The notes below the pieces were generated by a model that did no database searches, was not told the DNA's origin, and was given only the letters and a program-made list of their open reading frames with translations. A DNA stretch of 64,000 nucleotides from Spirochaetia bacterium (lineage in GTDB: Bacteria; Spirochaetota; Spirochaetia; DSM-2461). Both the position numbers and the translations under genes were made by a program. The stretch is from positions 3,552,001 to 3,616,000 of the forward strand of contig OY764216.1 of NCBI GenBank assembly GCA_963668315.1, given 5' to 3'. Positions 1-9,709 of this stretch are shown piece by piece; position 1 is the stretch's first letter, and every line of letters starts with the position of its first letter.

Positions 1-1
1 A

Positions 2-532
2 GCGGAGCAGGTCACGAAAATCGTCACCGAATTCAGCCGCCTCCTGAGGCACAGCATTGACAGCAAGGCCGATACGGTCACCATAAGGGAGAGCTTTGAA
101 CTGGTGGAGAGCTATCTGGTCATTCAGAAAATCCGATACGGCGGCAGGCTCAGCTACAGCGTCCGATGCGAACCGGAAATTCTTTCCTTTCCCATCCCCA
201 AACTTATCGTCCAGCCCCTGGTGGAAAATGCGGTGGTTCACGGGATCGAGAAGAAAATCGCCCCCGGCAGGATCGATGTATCGGCCTGGAAGGAGGGGGA
301 GCAGATCTTTATAGAAATCCTCGATGACGGACCCGGCCTTGAGCGGGAAATGGCGGATAGGGACCATGGGGAGAATTGCGGGGTCGGTTTGGATAATGTG
401 TCCCGAAGACTCATGCTTACCTACGGGGAGAAGAGCCGGTTCACCATGGAAGAGAGGGAAAATACCGGAGGGACGAGGGTTATTCTCTCCATTCCTCTGA
501 CGGAATTTATCAAGGAAGGAGTCGCTCCGTGA
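2..532 (+). CDS. Sensor histidine kinase, YesM/LytS-type (5'-truncated by window edge)
   Basis: The frame is open from base 2 (AEQVTKIVTEFSRLLRHSI...). It shows 'YLVIQKIRY', 'PKLIVQPLVENAVVHG', 'DDGPG' and 'GVGLDNV' HATPase boxes, and overlaps the response-regulator start (GTGA). Confidence 0.9.
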   Translation, partial: AEQVTKIVTEFSRLLRHSIDSKADTVTIRESFELVESYLVIQKIRYGGRLSYSVRCEPEILSFPIPKLIVQPLVENAVVHGIEKKIAPGRIDVSAWKEGEQIFIEILDDGPGLEREMADRDHGENCGVGLDNVSRRLMLTYGEKSRFTMEERENTGGTRVILSIPLTEFIKEGVAP

Positions 533-1314
533 TCAAAACGGTTCTTGTGGAGGATGAAGAGACGGTACGTCGGGAAATCTCCCTGACAACCCCCTGGCAT
601 GATCTGGGCTGCCTGCTTATCGGGGAAGCCGCCAATGGCATAGACGGCCTTGAATTGATCATGAAGGTCAGGCCTGATCTGATTATAACCGATATTCGCA
701 TGCCCGGCCTTGACGGTCTTGCCATGCTGGAGGAGGTGGAGGAGCTGCTGGGCGACGAAAAACCCAAGGCCATCCTTCTCACGGGCCATTCGGATTTCGA
801 GTACGCCCGCAAAGGGATTCGTCTGGGAGTCTGTGAATACCTTCTGAAACCCATTGACGATGATGAATTCCACAGTCTTCTCAAAAATATAGCCGATGAA
901 CTGAATTCGGAGAGCACGGGTCCCCTTGAAGGGAGCCCCATTCTGCTGGATTTCAAAGAGTATGACATGAATTCCGCCGGGGACAGTAAGGATTATTACG
1001 TGCGGAAAGCCGTGAATATTATCGGGGAGAATTACAGCCGTGACGTCTCTATGGCCGATGTGGCCGAGCAGATGAGAATTACTCAGGGGTATCTCTCCCG
1101 TGTTTTCAAAGAAAGGACCGGTTATACCTTTCTGGAATATCTCACCCTTTTCAGACTGAGGAAGGCGTTGGAACTTCTTCGCGACCGCTCTCTCCTAATC
1201 AGTGAAGCGGCCTACCGCTCAGGTTTTCATGACAACGGATACTTTACCCAGCTTTTTAAGAAATATACCGGCATCACTCCGGGCCAATACAGAAAGTGCG
1301 GCTTCCTGAATTGA
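529..1314 (+). CDS. Two-component response regulator, receiver + AraC HTH (YesN-like)
   Basis: Receiver motifs 'VEDE', 'TDIRMP' and 'YLLKP', plus a C-terminal AraC HTH 'GFHDNGYFTQLFKKYTGITPGQYR'. Confidence 0.93.
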   Translation: MIKTVLVEDEETVRREISLTTPWHDLGCLLIGEAANGIDGLELIMKVRPDLIITDIRMPGLDGLAMLEEVEELLGDEKPKAILLTGHSDFEYARKGIRLGVCEYLLKPIDDDEFHSLLKNIADELNSESTGPLEGSPILLDFKEYDMNSAGDSKDYYVRKAVNIIGENYSRDVSMADVAEQMRITQGYLSRVFKERTGYTFLEYLTLFRLRKALELLRDRSLLISEAAYRSGFHDNGYFTQLFKKYTGITPGQYRKCGFLN

Positions 1315-1334
1315 GCCCGGAGAGTGATTTTCTG

Positions 1335-2180
1335 TCATCCCTTCCTTGAGGAAAAAACAGAGGCTCCGGAAACGAAATATTTGCTCATGGAAAAGAAAAG
1401 GACCAGCATAGGTATGCTGCCCAGCACGGCGACAGCCATCATGGCTCCTTCATCGGTATATTTCTCCGCCGCGAATTTGACGATATACAGGGGCAATGTT
1501 TTCATTTTTTCGCTCTGGGCGACAAGAAGAGGCCAGAGCAGATTGTCCCACTGGCTTCGGAACGTCAGAATCGAAAGGGTTGCTATGGCGGGAGCGCAGT
1601 TGGGGAGGACGATATGCCAGAAGATTTTCGGTTCCGAGGCTCCGTCTATCCTGGTGGCATCGAGGAATTCGTCGGGAAAAGGGAGAAGATACTGGCGCAT
1701 CATGAAAACCCCGAAGGCATTCACCAGAAAGGGGATGATCAGTCCGGCGTAACTGTTCTGGAGATGCAGTTTCGTCGCCACCAGATAGAGGGGGATCATG
1801 ATCGCTTCAAAGGGTATCATCATTGTGGCCATTATGGCCAGAAAAACGAAATTCCGCCCCTTGAACCGGAATTTGGCGAGGCCGTATCCGGTGAGGCATG
1901 AAAGAAGCACCGTAGTGACGGTCACGACAGATGAGACGAGAAGCGAATTGCCTATGTTTCTTATGAATATGTAGCTTCCGTCGTTTCCCGCCACGGCCTT
2001 TGTGAAATTCTGCCAGTGGAATCCCCGGGGAATCCATCGGAAGGGCATCTTCAGTATATCCTTGGCGGGCATCATGGACGCGGAGAACATAAAGAGAATG
2101 GGAATGAGGGTAAAGACGAGGGCGGCCAGAAGAATCAGGAAGGTCAGGATATTCAGAGGGGATAATTTAAGTTTATACAT
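1335..2180 (-). CDS. Carbohydrate ABC transporter permease (MalG-like)
   Basis: Six hydrophobic segments, EAA-like loop 'EFLDATRIDGASE' and 'WDNLLWPL'. Confidence 0.93.
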   Translation of the reverse strand: MYKLKLSPLNILTFLILLAALVFTLIPILFMFSASMMPAKDILKMPFRWIPRGFHWQNFTKAVAGNDGSYIFIRNIGNSLLVSSVVTVTTVLLSCLTGYGLAKFRFKGRNFVFLAIMATMMIPFEAIMIPLYLVATKLHLQNSYAGLIIPFLVNAFGVFMMRQYLLPFPDEFLDATRIDGASEPKIFWHIVLPNCAPAIATLSILTFRSQWDNLLWPLLVAQSEKMKTLPLYIVKFAAEKYTDEGAMMAVAVLGSIPMLVLFFSMSKYFVSGASVFSSRKG

Positions 2181-2189
2181 ACCGGTCTC

Positions 2190-3095
2190 CTAATAGCTCA
2201 CTTCATCGGCTTTTGTCGTTTTGAATTGAAGCCAGGTAAAGAAAAGCATAATGATGAAAAGAAGGATGCTCATGGCGCTGGATCGGCCTATCATATGATC
2301 CCTGATACCCGTATTGTAAATATTCAGGGTAATGACATTGATAGGCGCCTGGGGTGAGCCCGATTGGACAAAAAGGTACTGGGTACTGAATGTCTTGAGA
2401 CACTGGAGCATGGCCATGACGGAAACCAGTACGACCGTGGGTTTCAGGAGGGGGAAGGTAATGCGCCAGAAGCTCTGCCAGCGGTCGGCGCCGTCGATAA
2501 GGGCCGCTTCATAAAGGGTTCCCGGTATGGCGGCCAGTCCGGCGATGAAGATAACCACGAAGTAGCCGATATATTTCCAGAAATAGACCATTATGGTCGA
2601 AAGCTGGACCATGAAGGAATCGGCCAGCCATTTATGATCGATACCCGGTGTATTAAGCAGAAAATTAAGCCACTGATTTCCCAGCCCCCTCGGATCGAAT
2701 ATGGACATCCAGATAACGGCGGCGACCACCGAGGAGAGTACGGCGGGAGCGTAGTAGGCCAGCTGCAGAAATTTCTGCCCCCTGTTCAGGGACAGGATGA
2801 GAACGGCCAGAAGAAGACTGACCACGAGAAGGGGAATAAAGGCCCCGATGGTAAAGACGAACGTCGCCCGTATGGAGTTCCAGAAATCATCGGACTGCAA
2901 AAGATAGATATAGTTCTTCAGGCCGATAAAGGTGGGTGCTTTAAGGGAGAGTATTTTTTTTCGGAAAAGACTGGTATAGGCCGCATTCACTATGGGGTAA
3001 AAGCTGAAAAGGGAAAAAAACAGCAGGGAGGGGGAAACAAAGATCCAGCCCCACCGGGAAAGTTTTTTTTCTATTCCTGAGTATTTTTTTTTCAT
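2190..3095 (-). CDS. Carbohydrate ABC transporter permease (MalF-like)
   Basis: 'FIGLKNY' and EAA loop 'LYEAALIDGADRWQSFWRITFPLLKP'. Confidence 0.93.
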   Translation of the reverse strand: MKKKYSGIEKKLSRWGWIFVSPSLLFFSLFSFYPIVNAAYTSLFRKKILSLKAPTFIGLKNYIYLLQSDDFWNSIRATFVFTIGAFIPLLVVSLLLAVLILSLNRGQKFLQLAYYAPAVLSSVVAAVIWMSIFDPRGLGNQWLNFLLNTPGIDHKWLADSFMVQLSTIMVYFWKYIGYFVVIFIAGLAAIPGTLYEAALIDGADRWQSFWRITFPLLKPTVVLVSVMAMLQCLKTFSTQYLFVQSGSPQAPINVITLNIYNTGIRDHMIGRSSAMSILLFIIMLFFTWLQFKTTKADEVSY

Positions 3096-3107
3096 TGAAT
3101 TTCCTTG

Positions 3108-3134
3108 AAAAAAGGGCGGTTGATACCGCCCTTT
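3108..3134 (-). terminator. Stem-loop between SBP and permease genes (terminator or mRNA-stabilising hairpin)
   Basis: Perfect 10-bp stem AAAGGGCGGT-tgat-ACCGCCCTTT with a U-run on the minus strand. Confidence 0.7.
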
Positions 3135-3165
3135 GATATGACATTACACCAATTCGGGAGGAACG

Positions 3166-4458
3166 TTATTCCTGGTCCAGAACTTCCTGTGCTTTGACTT
3201 TCAGAGAGGCAAGAGCCTTTTCCGGTTCTATGCCGCTGAGCATAACGCCTTCGATGGCTTCTTTGATAAGTTCCTGAATTTTGGCGCTGTTTTCACCGTA
3301 ATAGACCATATTACCCCGGGCCATATCATCGGCAAATACCTGGGCATAGGGCATATCGGAGAATGTTTTTGATGACATGAGCGCTTTCGTCGGCTGGATA
3401 AGCCCCACTTCGGTCAGATATTCCTCGGAATGGGATAGCATGTACGAGATGAATTCCCAGGATACGTTCTGCTCCCGTTCGGACTTCTGGCTGTTGACCA
3501 TATAGAAGTGGCCGTAATAAGCGCAGGCGACTTCCTTGACGGCATTCTTGAACTGGGGGAACGGAATGACCATCCAGTCTCCGCTTTCATAGAATTCGGG
3601 GTTATCTGCGCGTATTCGTCCTTCCTGGTAAAGGCCGCTCATGGCCATGGCCATGTCATTATTGTCCGCATTGAACAGTTTTCTGGCATTGGTATAGGTG
3701 GGAGAGCCGAGGTTCTTACCCGAGGGGCCCCAGTCCGCCATGAAGCGGAGGAATTCCAGCCATGCCTCATCTCCGACAATGGCTTTCCTGCCGTCATCGC
3801 TGATCAGCTGCCCACCCAGCTGTTCCACCATGGGAACAACGGAAACCAGATAATAGGGATAACGGAAGTCAAATCCACGCCGTGTAATGATCTGTCCCTC
3901 ACGGAGAACGATCTTCTCGGAAACGGCGGCCACATCCTCCCAGGTCCGGGGATAATCCTTTTCCGGATCGAGGCCGGCTGAGCGGAACACTCTTTTATTG
4001 AGGTAGGGAGCCCAGTTCGTCAGTTCCAGGGGGAGTCCGTATATATCTCCGTCCATGGTGACGGCATCAAGCACCCCGTCTATATAGGCATCTTTGATCC
4101 CTCCGGCCGTCTTATATCCTACCGATTCGGGGTTTACCGCAGCCACCCGTCCATTGACGATATAGGCATAGGCATCTTCGATCTGGGTATTGAAGATATG
4201 GGGTCCTTCATTGGCGGCAAAGGCCGTGAGCAAAAGCTCGGGCATTTTTGAACTTGAATTCGTCACCCGCTCTATGGTGACATCGGGACGGTTAGAGGTA
4301 AACTCTTCCATATACCGCTCTTCCAGGTTTGTTCTGTTGGGATCTTCATGGGTCCAGAAGGTAATGGTAACCGGTCCCTCTTCTTCCTGTCCTCCTCCCG
4401 CGACAAGGGGCAGGGTGAATAACAGAAGGGAAAGGGTAATTACTAAACTCTTTTTCAT
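3166..4458 (-). CDS. Sugar ABC transporter solute-binding protein
   Basis: Spirochaete-type signal 'LVAGGGQEE', 'VTITFW', 'DGDIYGLP' and 'PRTWEDV'; SD AAGGAG upstream. Confidence 0.92.
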   Translation of the reverse strand: MKKSLVITLSLLLFTLPLVAGGGQEEEGPVTITFWTHEDPNRTNLEERYMEEFTSNRPDVTIERVTNSSSKMPELLLTAFAANEGPHIFNTQIEDAYAYIVNGRVAAVNPESVGYKTAGGIKDAYIDGVLDAVTMDGDIYGLPLELTNWAPYLNKRVFRSAGLDPEKDYPRTWEDVAAVSEKIVLREGQIITRRGFDFRYPYYLVSVVPMVEQLGGQLISDDGRKAIVGDEAWLEFLRFMADWGPSGKNLGSPTYTNARKLFNADNNDMAMAMSGLYQEGRIRADNPEFYESGDWMVIPFPQFKNAVKEVACAYYGHFYMVNSQKSEREQNVSWEFISYMLSHSEEYLTEVGLIQPTKALMSSKTFSDMPYAQVFADDMARGNMVYYGENSAKIQELIKEAIEGVMLSGIEPEKALASLKVKAQEVLDQE

Positions 4459-4512
4459 AAAATTCTTCTCCTTGTATTTACTGTACTAATTTTATTACAC
4501 ATGAAAAAATCG

Positions 4513-4555
4513 GACAATGTGACATTTTTCCACTTTATATGACAATCCTGACATT
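4513..4555 (-). promoter_or_regulatory. Direct-repeat candidate activator site upstream of the ABC operon
   Basis: GACAAT-g-TGACATTT (4513) and GACAAT-cc-TGACATTT (4541). Confidence 0.45.
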
Positions 4556-4660
4556 TGTGCGCAAAACCGGTGGGCCTGCAGCAAAATCGAAAGCATAATG
4601 GGAAGGGAGGAGAGAACACTGATAGGGGCATTCGCATAACGAAGGCCCCCTCGAGTCGCC

Positions 4661-5473
4661 CTACGGCAAGGATTTTCTCAGCCGGGAGGGAGTCGTATGG
4701 TAATGCTCCCTGAACATCCGGCTGAAAACTTTATAATTGGTAAAGCCGTGGCGATCCAGAATCTCCGTCAGAGTTTCATTCGTCGCCAGCAGATCGTGAT
4801 GCACATGATACAGTTTAATGAGATTCAGATACTCCAGAAAGGTGGAGCCGGTCTGTTTTTTAAAGTAACGGCAGAAGTAATCCTTATGAAGCCCCAGAAA
4901 ATCAGCCCCGCTCTGAACGGTCAGGGGAATGTTATAGTTCTCATCGATATAGCTGAGCAGATTCTGCATCTTTGTCCTGTCCCGTCTGGCTGACCGGCTG
5001 AGGGGGAGCCGGTTCGAACAGTCCGCGACCAGTATATACAACAGTTTCTGAAGAAGGGAATTGAAGAGAAAGACATAGCCCCTTTCCCTGGCCCGATTCA
5101 CTGAGAGCAGTTCCTTCAGGAGGGATCTCAGTTCATTCCGTACCGGTTCCGCCGCAGGGGAAATATCAAAGAGGATATGCTCCCTTTCCGGTAATGAGCG
5201 GCTTACCAGGAAAAAGGGGACCTGAAGAAGAAGGGTATCCGTTTCCCCGTAGACCCGGGTCTGGTGAATCTCTCCGGAGTTGATGATATGGATGTCCCCT
5301 TTCCCTAATGTGCGGATATGACCGTCCCACTGTACTTCCATTTTTCCCTTCTCGATAAGAAGGATTTCCACATGGCTGTGCCAGTGGCCGGGAATGAGAT
5401 GGTCGAAGGCGGTATAGGATCTGATATTGACAGGCAGGGTATTTTCATGGAGAACGATTTCATGCTTAAGCAT
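4661..5473 (-). CDS. AraC-family transcriptional regulator (cupin + HTH)
   Basis: Cupin 'HWHSHVEIL...H' and HTH 'YFCRYFKKQTGSTF', 'GFTNYKVFSRMFREHYHTTP'. Confidence 0.93.
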   Translation of the reverse strand: MLKHEIVLHENTLPVNIRSYTAFDHLIPGHWHSHVEILLIEKGKMEVQWDGHIRTLGKGDIHIINSGEIHQTRVYGETDTLLLQVPFFLVSRSLPEREHILFDISPAAEPVRNELRSLLKELLSVNRARERGYVFLFNSLLQKLLYILVADCSNRLPLSRSARRDRTKMQNLLSYIDENYNIPLTVQSGADFLGLHKDYFCRYFKKQTGSTFLEYLNLIKLYHVHHDLLATNETLTEILDRHGFTNYKVFSRMFREHYHTTPSRLRKSLP

Positions 5474-5479
5474 TTAATC

Positions 5480-5488
5480 ATTATAGCA
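5480..5488 (-). promoter_or_regulatory. Extended -10 promoter (TGcTATAAT) 6 nt before the AraC start codon
   Basis: Minus strand reads TGC-TATAAT-gattaa-ATG; no SD. Confidence 0.6.
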
Positions 5489-5586
5489 GAATTATCCAAA
5501 ATGTCAGTATCAACCTAATCAATAGTCAAAAAAGGCATAGATAAGGGAATAAAATATCAGGATACTACCTATGGAGGATTTCTATT

Positions 5587-7998
5587 ATGAAAAAATGGCA
5601 GAGAATCAACTATCAGCCCAATTTACCCCTGGGGGCAAAGGGAGAGCGGATAACCGCCTCGGAGGCCCACCTGGATCTCTCTAAAAAAGCAGCCAAAGAG
5701 GGAATGGTCCTTCTGAAGAATGATGAAGGAGCCCTTCCCCTGGAAAAGGGCTGTAAAGTGGCGCTTTTCGGTAAAGCCACCATTGATTTCGTGAAAGGAG
5801 GGGGCGGTTCGGGCGACGTTACCGTATCCCACATTACCAATATTTTCGACGGCTTCCGTCAGCTCCCCGGGAATGTCACTCTCTTCGGTGAGTTGTGTGA
5901 ATTCTATCAGACCTATGTAGACCGGCAGTACAGGGAGGGAAGAAAACCGGGGCTTATGGCCGAGCCCGAACTGCCCGAAGATCTTCTGAAAAAAGCGGCC
6001 GCCTTCACCGATACCGCCGTTGTCTCCCTCTGTCGTTTTTCCGGAGAGGGATGGGACAGAAAGGCTTCCGCCGATCAGGATGAGATATTCTGCGAACCCT
6101 GGGTCGGAGAAACGGCGCGCCAGTCTCAGGAGCTGTTCGAGCGGGGAGACTTCTACCTCAGCCGGGCCGAGGAAAATCTGATTGAGACGGTCAAATCCCG
6201 TTTCAGCCGGGTCATCATCAATATGAATGTGGGCGGCATGGTGGACAGTTGCTGGTTCGCCGATGACGAAAAAATACAGGCGGTTCTCATGTCCTGGCAG
6301 GGAGGAATGGAAGGGGGGCTTGCCACGGCCGAACTTCTGTGCGGCCTGGGAAATCCCTCGGGAAAACTGGTCGATACCTACGCCCGGGAGCTGAGCGATT
6401 ATCCCTCCACGGCAAACTTCCACGAATCCAGGGATTATGTCGATTATACCGACGATATTTACGTCGGCTACCGCTATTTTGGAACGATACCCGGAGCGAT
6501 GGCCAAGGTGAACTATCCCTTTGGATTCGGTCTTTCCTATACCCGCTTCACCTATGAGCTGCTTTCCGCCGTGGAAAACAACGGTACAATCGACTTTGCG
6601 GTCAATCTCTGCAACCGGGGCGACTGCGAGGGCCGGGAGGTGCTGCAGCTCTATTCCCAGGCTCCCCAGGGAAAACTGGGAAAGCCGGCCCGGGAGCTCA
6701 AAGCCTTCAGGAAAAGCCGTCTCCTGAAGCAGGGGGAGTCGGAAATAGTAACCCTGACGATTCCCGTCAGTTCCCTGGCCTCCTACGACGACCTGGGAAA
6801 AATTGCCCCCTCAGCCTATGTCCTCGAAAAGGGGGAGTACACCTTTTTTCTGGGAAATTCCATGAGGGACGGTTTTGTGCCGGACTTCACCTATGTCGTC
6901 ACCGAAAACCGGGTGGTGGAACAGCTGACCCCCCGGCTGGTTCCGTCGGATTTGAAGAAAAGACTCCTTTACGACGGGAGTTATGAAGAGCTTCCCGCGG
7001 GTCCGGCCAATGATCCCCGTGAGACCGGACTGGAGCCGCAGGATTTTTCCCAGTGGGAAGGAATGGCCCCCCAGAACCGTTTCGAAGATTACCGGCGGGT
7101 CAATCATGTTGATGATGGTCCCGGGCTGATCGATGTCTGGGAGGGCCGTGAGAGTCTTGATGATTTCATGAACCGTCTCGATGAGGACGATTTGATTCAT
7201 CTCCTAGGAGGTCAGCCCAACCGGGGCGTGGCCAATACGTACGGCTGGGGAAATATTCCCCGCCTGGGAATCCCCAATGCCATGACGGCGGACGGACCGG
7301 CCGGTGTGAGAATTGCAGAGAAATGCGGTGTGGCCACTACGGCCTGGCCCTGCGCCACCCTGCTGGCTTCTTCCTGGGATCCGGATATTCTCTTCGCCGT
7401 GGGAGAAGCCGGAGCCCGGGAGATGGAGGAGAACAATCTGGCCGTATGGCTGACTCCCGCCGTGAACATTCACAGAAGTCCGCTCTGCGGCCGTAATTTC
7501 GAATATTATTCTGAGGATCCCCTGCTGGCGGGCAAGCTCGCCGCCGCCATGGTCAGGGGAATCCAGTCCCGCGGCATCGCGGCTACGGTCAAGCATTTCG
7601 CTTTTAACAATAAAGAGACGAACCGCAAGGAGAGCGACTCCCGTCTTTCCGAGAGGGCTGCCCGGGAAATTTACCTCAAAGCCTTTGAAATTATTGTGAA
7701 AGAGGCCGATCCCTGGGCCCTCATGTCCGCTTACAATATGGTCAACGGACACAGAACTTCGGAGTGCAGAGAGCTGCTGGAAGACATTCTCCGCGGGGAG
7801 TGGGGTTTTACCGGTGTGGTGACAACCGACTGGTGGACCAGGGGAGAGCATTACAAGGAAGTAAAAGCCGGCAATGACATCAAAATGGCCTGTGGAATCA
7901 ATGCGCGCCTCAAGGAAGCCCTTGCCAAGGGACTTCTTTCGCGGGATGACCTCATAAAATCCGCCCGGAGAGTCCTTGAACTTCTTCTGCGCGTTTAG
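5587..7998 (+). CDS. GH3 beta-glucosidase/beta-xylosidase with inverted domain order (GH3_C - Fn3 - GH3_N)
   Basis: 'EGMVLLKN' and 'YVGYRYF...YPFGFGLSY' lie N-terminally; 'ADGPAG', 'GRNFEYYSED', 'KHF', 'MSAYN' and nucleophile 'TDW' lie C-terminally; SD GGAGG. Confidence 0.92.
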   Translation: MKKWQRINYQPNLPLGAKGERITASEAHLDLSKKAAKEGMVLLKNDEGALPLEKGCKVALFGKATIDFVKGGGGSGDVTVSHITNIFDGFRQLPGNVTLFGELCEFYQTYVDRQYREGRKPGLMAEPELPEDLLKKAAAFTDTAVVSLCRFSGEGWDRKASADQDEIFCEPWVGETARQSQELFERGDFYLSRAEENLIETVKSRFSRVIINMNVGGMVDSCWFADDEKIQAVLMSWQGGMEGGLATAELLCGLGNPSGKLVDTYARELSDYPSTANFHESRDYVDYTDDIYVGYRYFGTIPGAMAKVNYPFGFGLSYTRFTYELLSAVENNGTIDFAVNLCNRGDCEGREVLQLYSQAPQGKLGKPARELKAFRKSRLLKQGESEIVTLTIPVSSLASYDDLGKIAPSAYVLEKGEYTFFLGNSMRDGFVPDFTYVVTENRVVEQLTPRLVPSDLKKRLLYDGSYEELPAGPANDPRETGLEPQDFSQWEGMAPQNRFEDYRRVNHVDDGPGLIDVWEGRESLDDFMNRLDEDDLIHLLGGQPNRGVANTYGWGNIPRLGIPNAMTADGPAGVRIAEKCGVATTAWPCATLLASSWDPDILFAVGEAGAREMEENNLAVWLTPAVNIHRSPLCGRNFEYYSEDPLLAGKLAAAMVRGIQSRGIAATVKHFAFNNKETNRKESDSRLSERAAREIYLKAFEIIVKEADPWALMSAYNMVNGHRTSECRELLEDILRGEWGFTGVVTTDWWTRGEHYKEVKAGNDIKMACGINARLKEALAKGLLSRDDLIKSARRVLELLLRV

Positions 7999-8003
7999 AA
8001 AGT

Positions 8004-8030
8004 GGGGGCAGGGGATCCTGCCCCTTCTTC
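8004..8030 (+). terminator. Hairpin after GH3
   Basis: GGGGGCAGG-ggat-CCTGCCCCT followed by a weak U-tract (tcttc). Confidence 0.5.
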
Positions 8031-8049
8031 AGCTGCGGTATCTGAATAG

Positions 8050-8697
8050 ATGAAAACCGATCGCATGATATATCTGGTTGATGAAACCCGCGATAAGATT
8101 CTGCATGAAGCGAAAATCATGTTCTTCGAGAAGGGCATAGAAGCGACCCGAATGACCGAACTAGCCGAAAAGACACACATGAGCCGGACTTCGCTTTACC
8201 GTTATTTTCTCGATAAGGAGTTCCTTTGCCTGGCCGTTTTTCAGATACTTATGGAGGACATCCGCAATCTGGACGATCGAATCAAAGACACATGCCGGGG
8301 GCTTAACTGCGGCCTTGATAGGGTGGAAACCCTTTTGAAACTGCGATGGCTTTCACCGGATATGATCTCTATCTATCGATTCTTTTCTGAATTTGATACG
8401 ATCTTTTCCGAATCACGGATATCCGAGGAGTTCAGAAAAGAATTCACCCTGATAATCAATAAAAGAGGGGCTGCCGATCCCCTGCTCCTTGACTATATTA
8501 AGGAAGGGCAGAAAGACGGTTCCATACGTGCTGACTTGGACCCGCCTTTATTCGGAGATATCATTAATAACGGAGTAAGGGCCATGCACCACAGACTTCT
8601 TTTAAGGGGAAGCCTTCTCCTGGAATTTTCAGGACAGGATATCAATCGGATCATGGAAGATTATTTGAATATCCTGATTTTCGGAGTGAAGAAATAA
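8050..8697 (+). CDS. TetR/AcrR-family regulator
   Basis: N-terminal HTH 'GIEATRMTELAEKTHMSRTSLYRYFLDKE' and C-terminal 'EGQKDGSIRAD'. Confidence 0.92.
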   Translation: MKTDRMIYLVDETRDKILHEAKIMFFEKGIEATRMTELAEKTHMSRTSLYRYFLDKEFLCLAVFQILMEDIRNLDDRIKDTCRGLNCGLDRVETLLKLRWLSPDMISIYRFFSEFDTIFSESRISEEFRKEFTLIINKRGAADPLLLDYIKEGQKDGSIRADLDPPLFGDIINNGVRAMHHRLLLRGSLLLEFSGQDINRIMEDYLNILIFGVKK

Positions 8698-8714
8698 TCC
8701 TTTCCCCCTGGCCG

Positions 8715-8817
8715 CAGAACGCTGTCCTCCAGAGTTGAACCGCCATCCTGATAATCACATCCGCTTCAGCAGGTAGCCCAGGGCGGAGTGTTTCTCCACT
8801 CCGTCGTAACCAGCGTC
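8715..8817 (-). pseudogene. Remnant of an NADH:flavin oxidoreductase (Old Yellow Enzyme family) gene
   Basis: 8817-8767 translates DAGYDGVEKHSALGYLL (family motif AG[FY]DGVE.H.A.GYL). 8762-8715, in another frame, translates GCDYQDGGSTLEDSVL. Not in the ORF track. Confidence 0.6.
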
Positions 8818-8850
8818 CTTTTTTTTATTCGTCAGTTTCCAAGGGTAATG

Positions 8851-9537
8851 TCAAAAACCCTGTACGTTATTTGAACAACGGGAAAAGAGGCTTTCCACGT
8901 CGTGTATGATGATTTTATTCCGGGCCGTCTCGATGATCCTGGTCGTTCTCAGCTCCTTTAACGCCCGTTCCGTGTTCGGCTGAGAGGCGCCGATGAAATT
9001 TGCCAGGGATTTCTGGGAGAAGGGCACTTCGTTATTATGAATCTGTCTGTTTTTCATATAAAGATAAAGCACATCGCAAATTCTCGTAACACAGCGGTCA
9101 TAGGCCTGACTTACCGAATCGTGGAGAAGATACCTGATAAATTCGCAGTCCGACTCCAGGAGCGCCGTCGCCAGATCGGGGTTCTTAGATGCCATCCGCC
9201 GTAAATCGGCATAGGAAAACTTCAGGACCTCCAGATCAGTAAAAGCCCTCAGAATCAGCTCATAATCCATCTTGTTGTTATGGGAGGACACGCCGATGGG
9301 AAAAACCGATCCCGGACCGAAAAGAACAAGGGATTTTTCGTTACCGTTCTCATGACCGACGGCAAGATGCATGATCCCGTTAAGGATGTAATAGGATGTA
9401 TCATTGATCTTTCCGTATTTTGTGAGCAGCGAATCTTTTTCGTACCTGGCATAGAGGGTATTTTCGTTTCTTATATATGACTCGAATCGGCTGGCCTTGT
9501 TGGAAAAATAGATACTGGGCGTAATTGTCCTTTCCAA
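8851..9537 (-). CDS. Crp/Fnr-family transcriptional regulator
   Basis: cNMP-like barrel ('YYILNG', 'GPGSVF') and HTH 'SQKSLANFIGASQPNTERALKEL'; TTG start with SD GGAGG. Confidence 0.88.
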   Translation of the reverse strand: MERTITPSIYFSNKASRFESYIRNENTLYARYEKDSLLTKYGKINDTSYYILNGIMHLAVGHENGNEKSLVLFGPGSVFPIGVSSHNNKMDYELILRAFTDLEVLKFSYADLRRMASKNPDLATALLESDCEFIRYLLHDSVSQAYDRCVTRICDVLYLYMKNRQIHNNEVPFSQKSLANFIGASQPNTERALKELRTTRIIETARNKIIIHDVESLFSRCSNNVQGF

Positions 9538-9664
9538 AGTGTCCTCCCTCTTCTTTGCTTGATATTTTAATAATTAAGCGGGAATACGGCAAGGCCGGTA
9601 CTTCTCCGCTGAGGAAAGTACGGCACATATTACCTTATATTTATAGGGAAAATTAAATGCGCCG

Positions 9665-9709
9665 TAACCATCAAATGAGGGTTAATCAGAACGGTTACTG
9701 CTGTATGAT
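9665..9709 (+). promoter_or_regulatory. Palindromic activator site plus -10 box of the flavoprotein promoter
   Basis: TAACCaTCAaaTGAgGGTTA (9665-9684) and TATGAT (9704-9709). The palindrome centre is about 41.5 nt before the inferred start site. Confidence 0.6.

Noticed and set aside
8782..8826. Hairpin GGCGGAGTG-tttctc-CACTCCGTC with a later T-run, as a terminator or ncRNA
   Set aside because: The T-run is about 13 nt from the stem, and the sequence is better explained as an OYE coding remnant.
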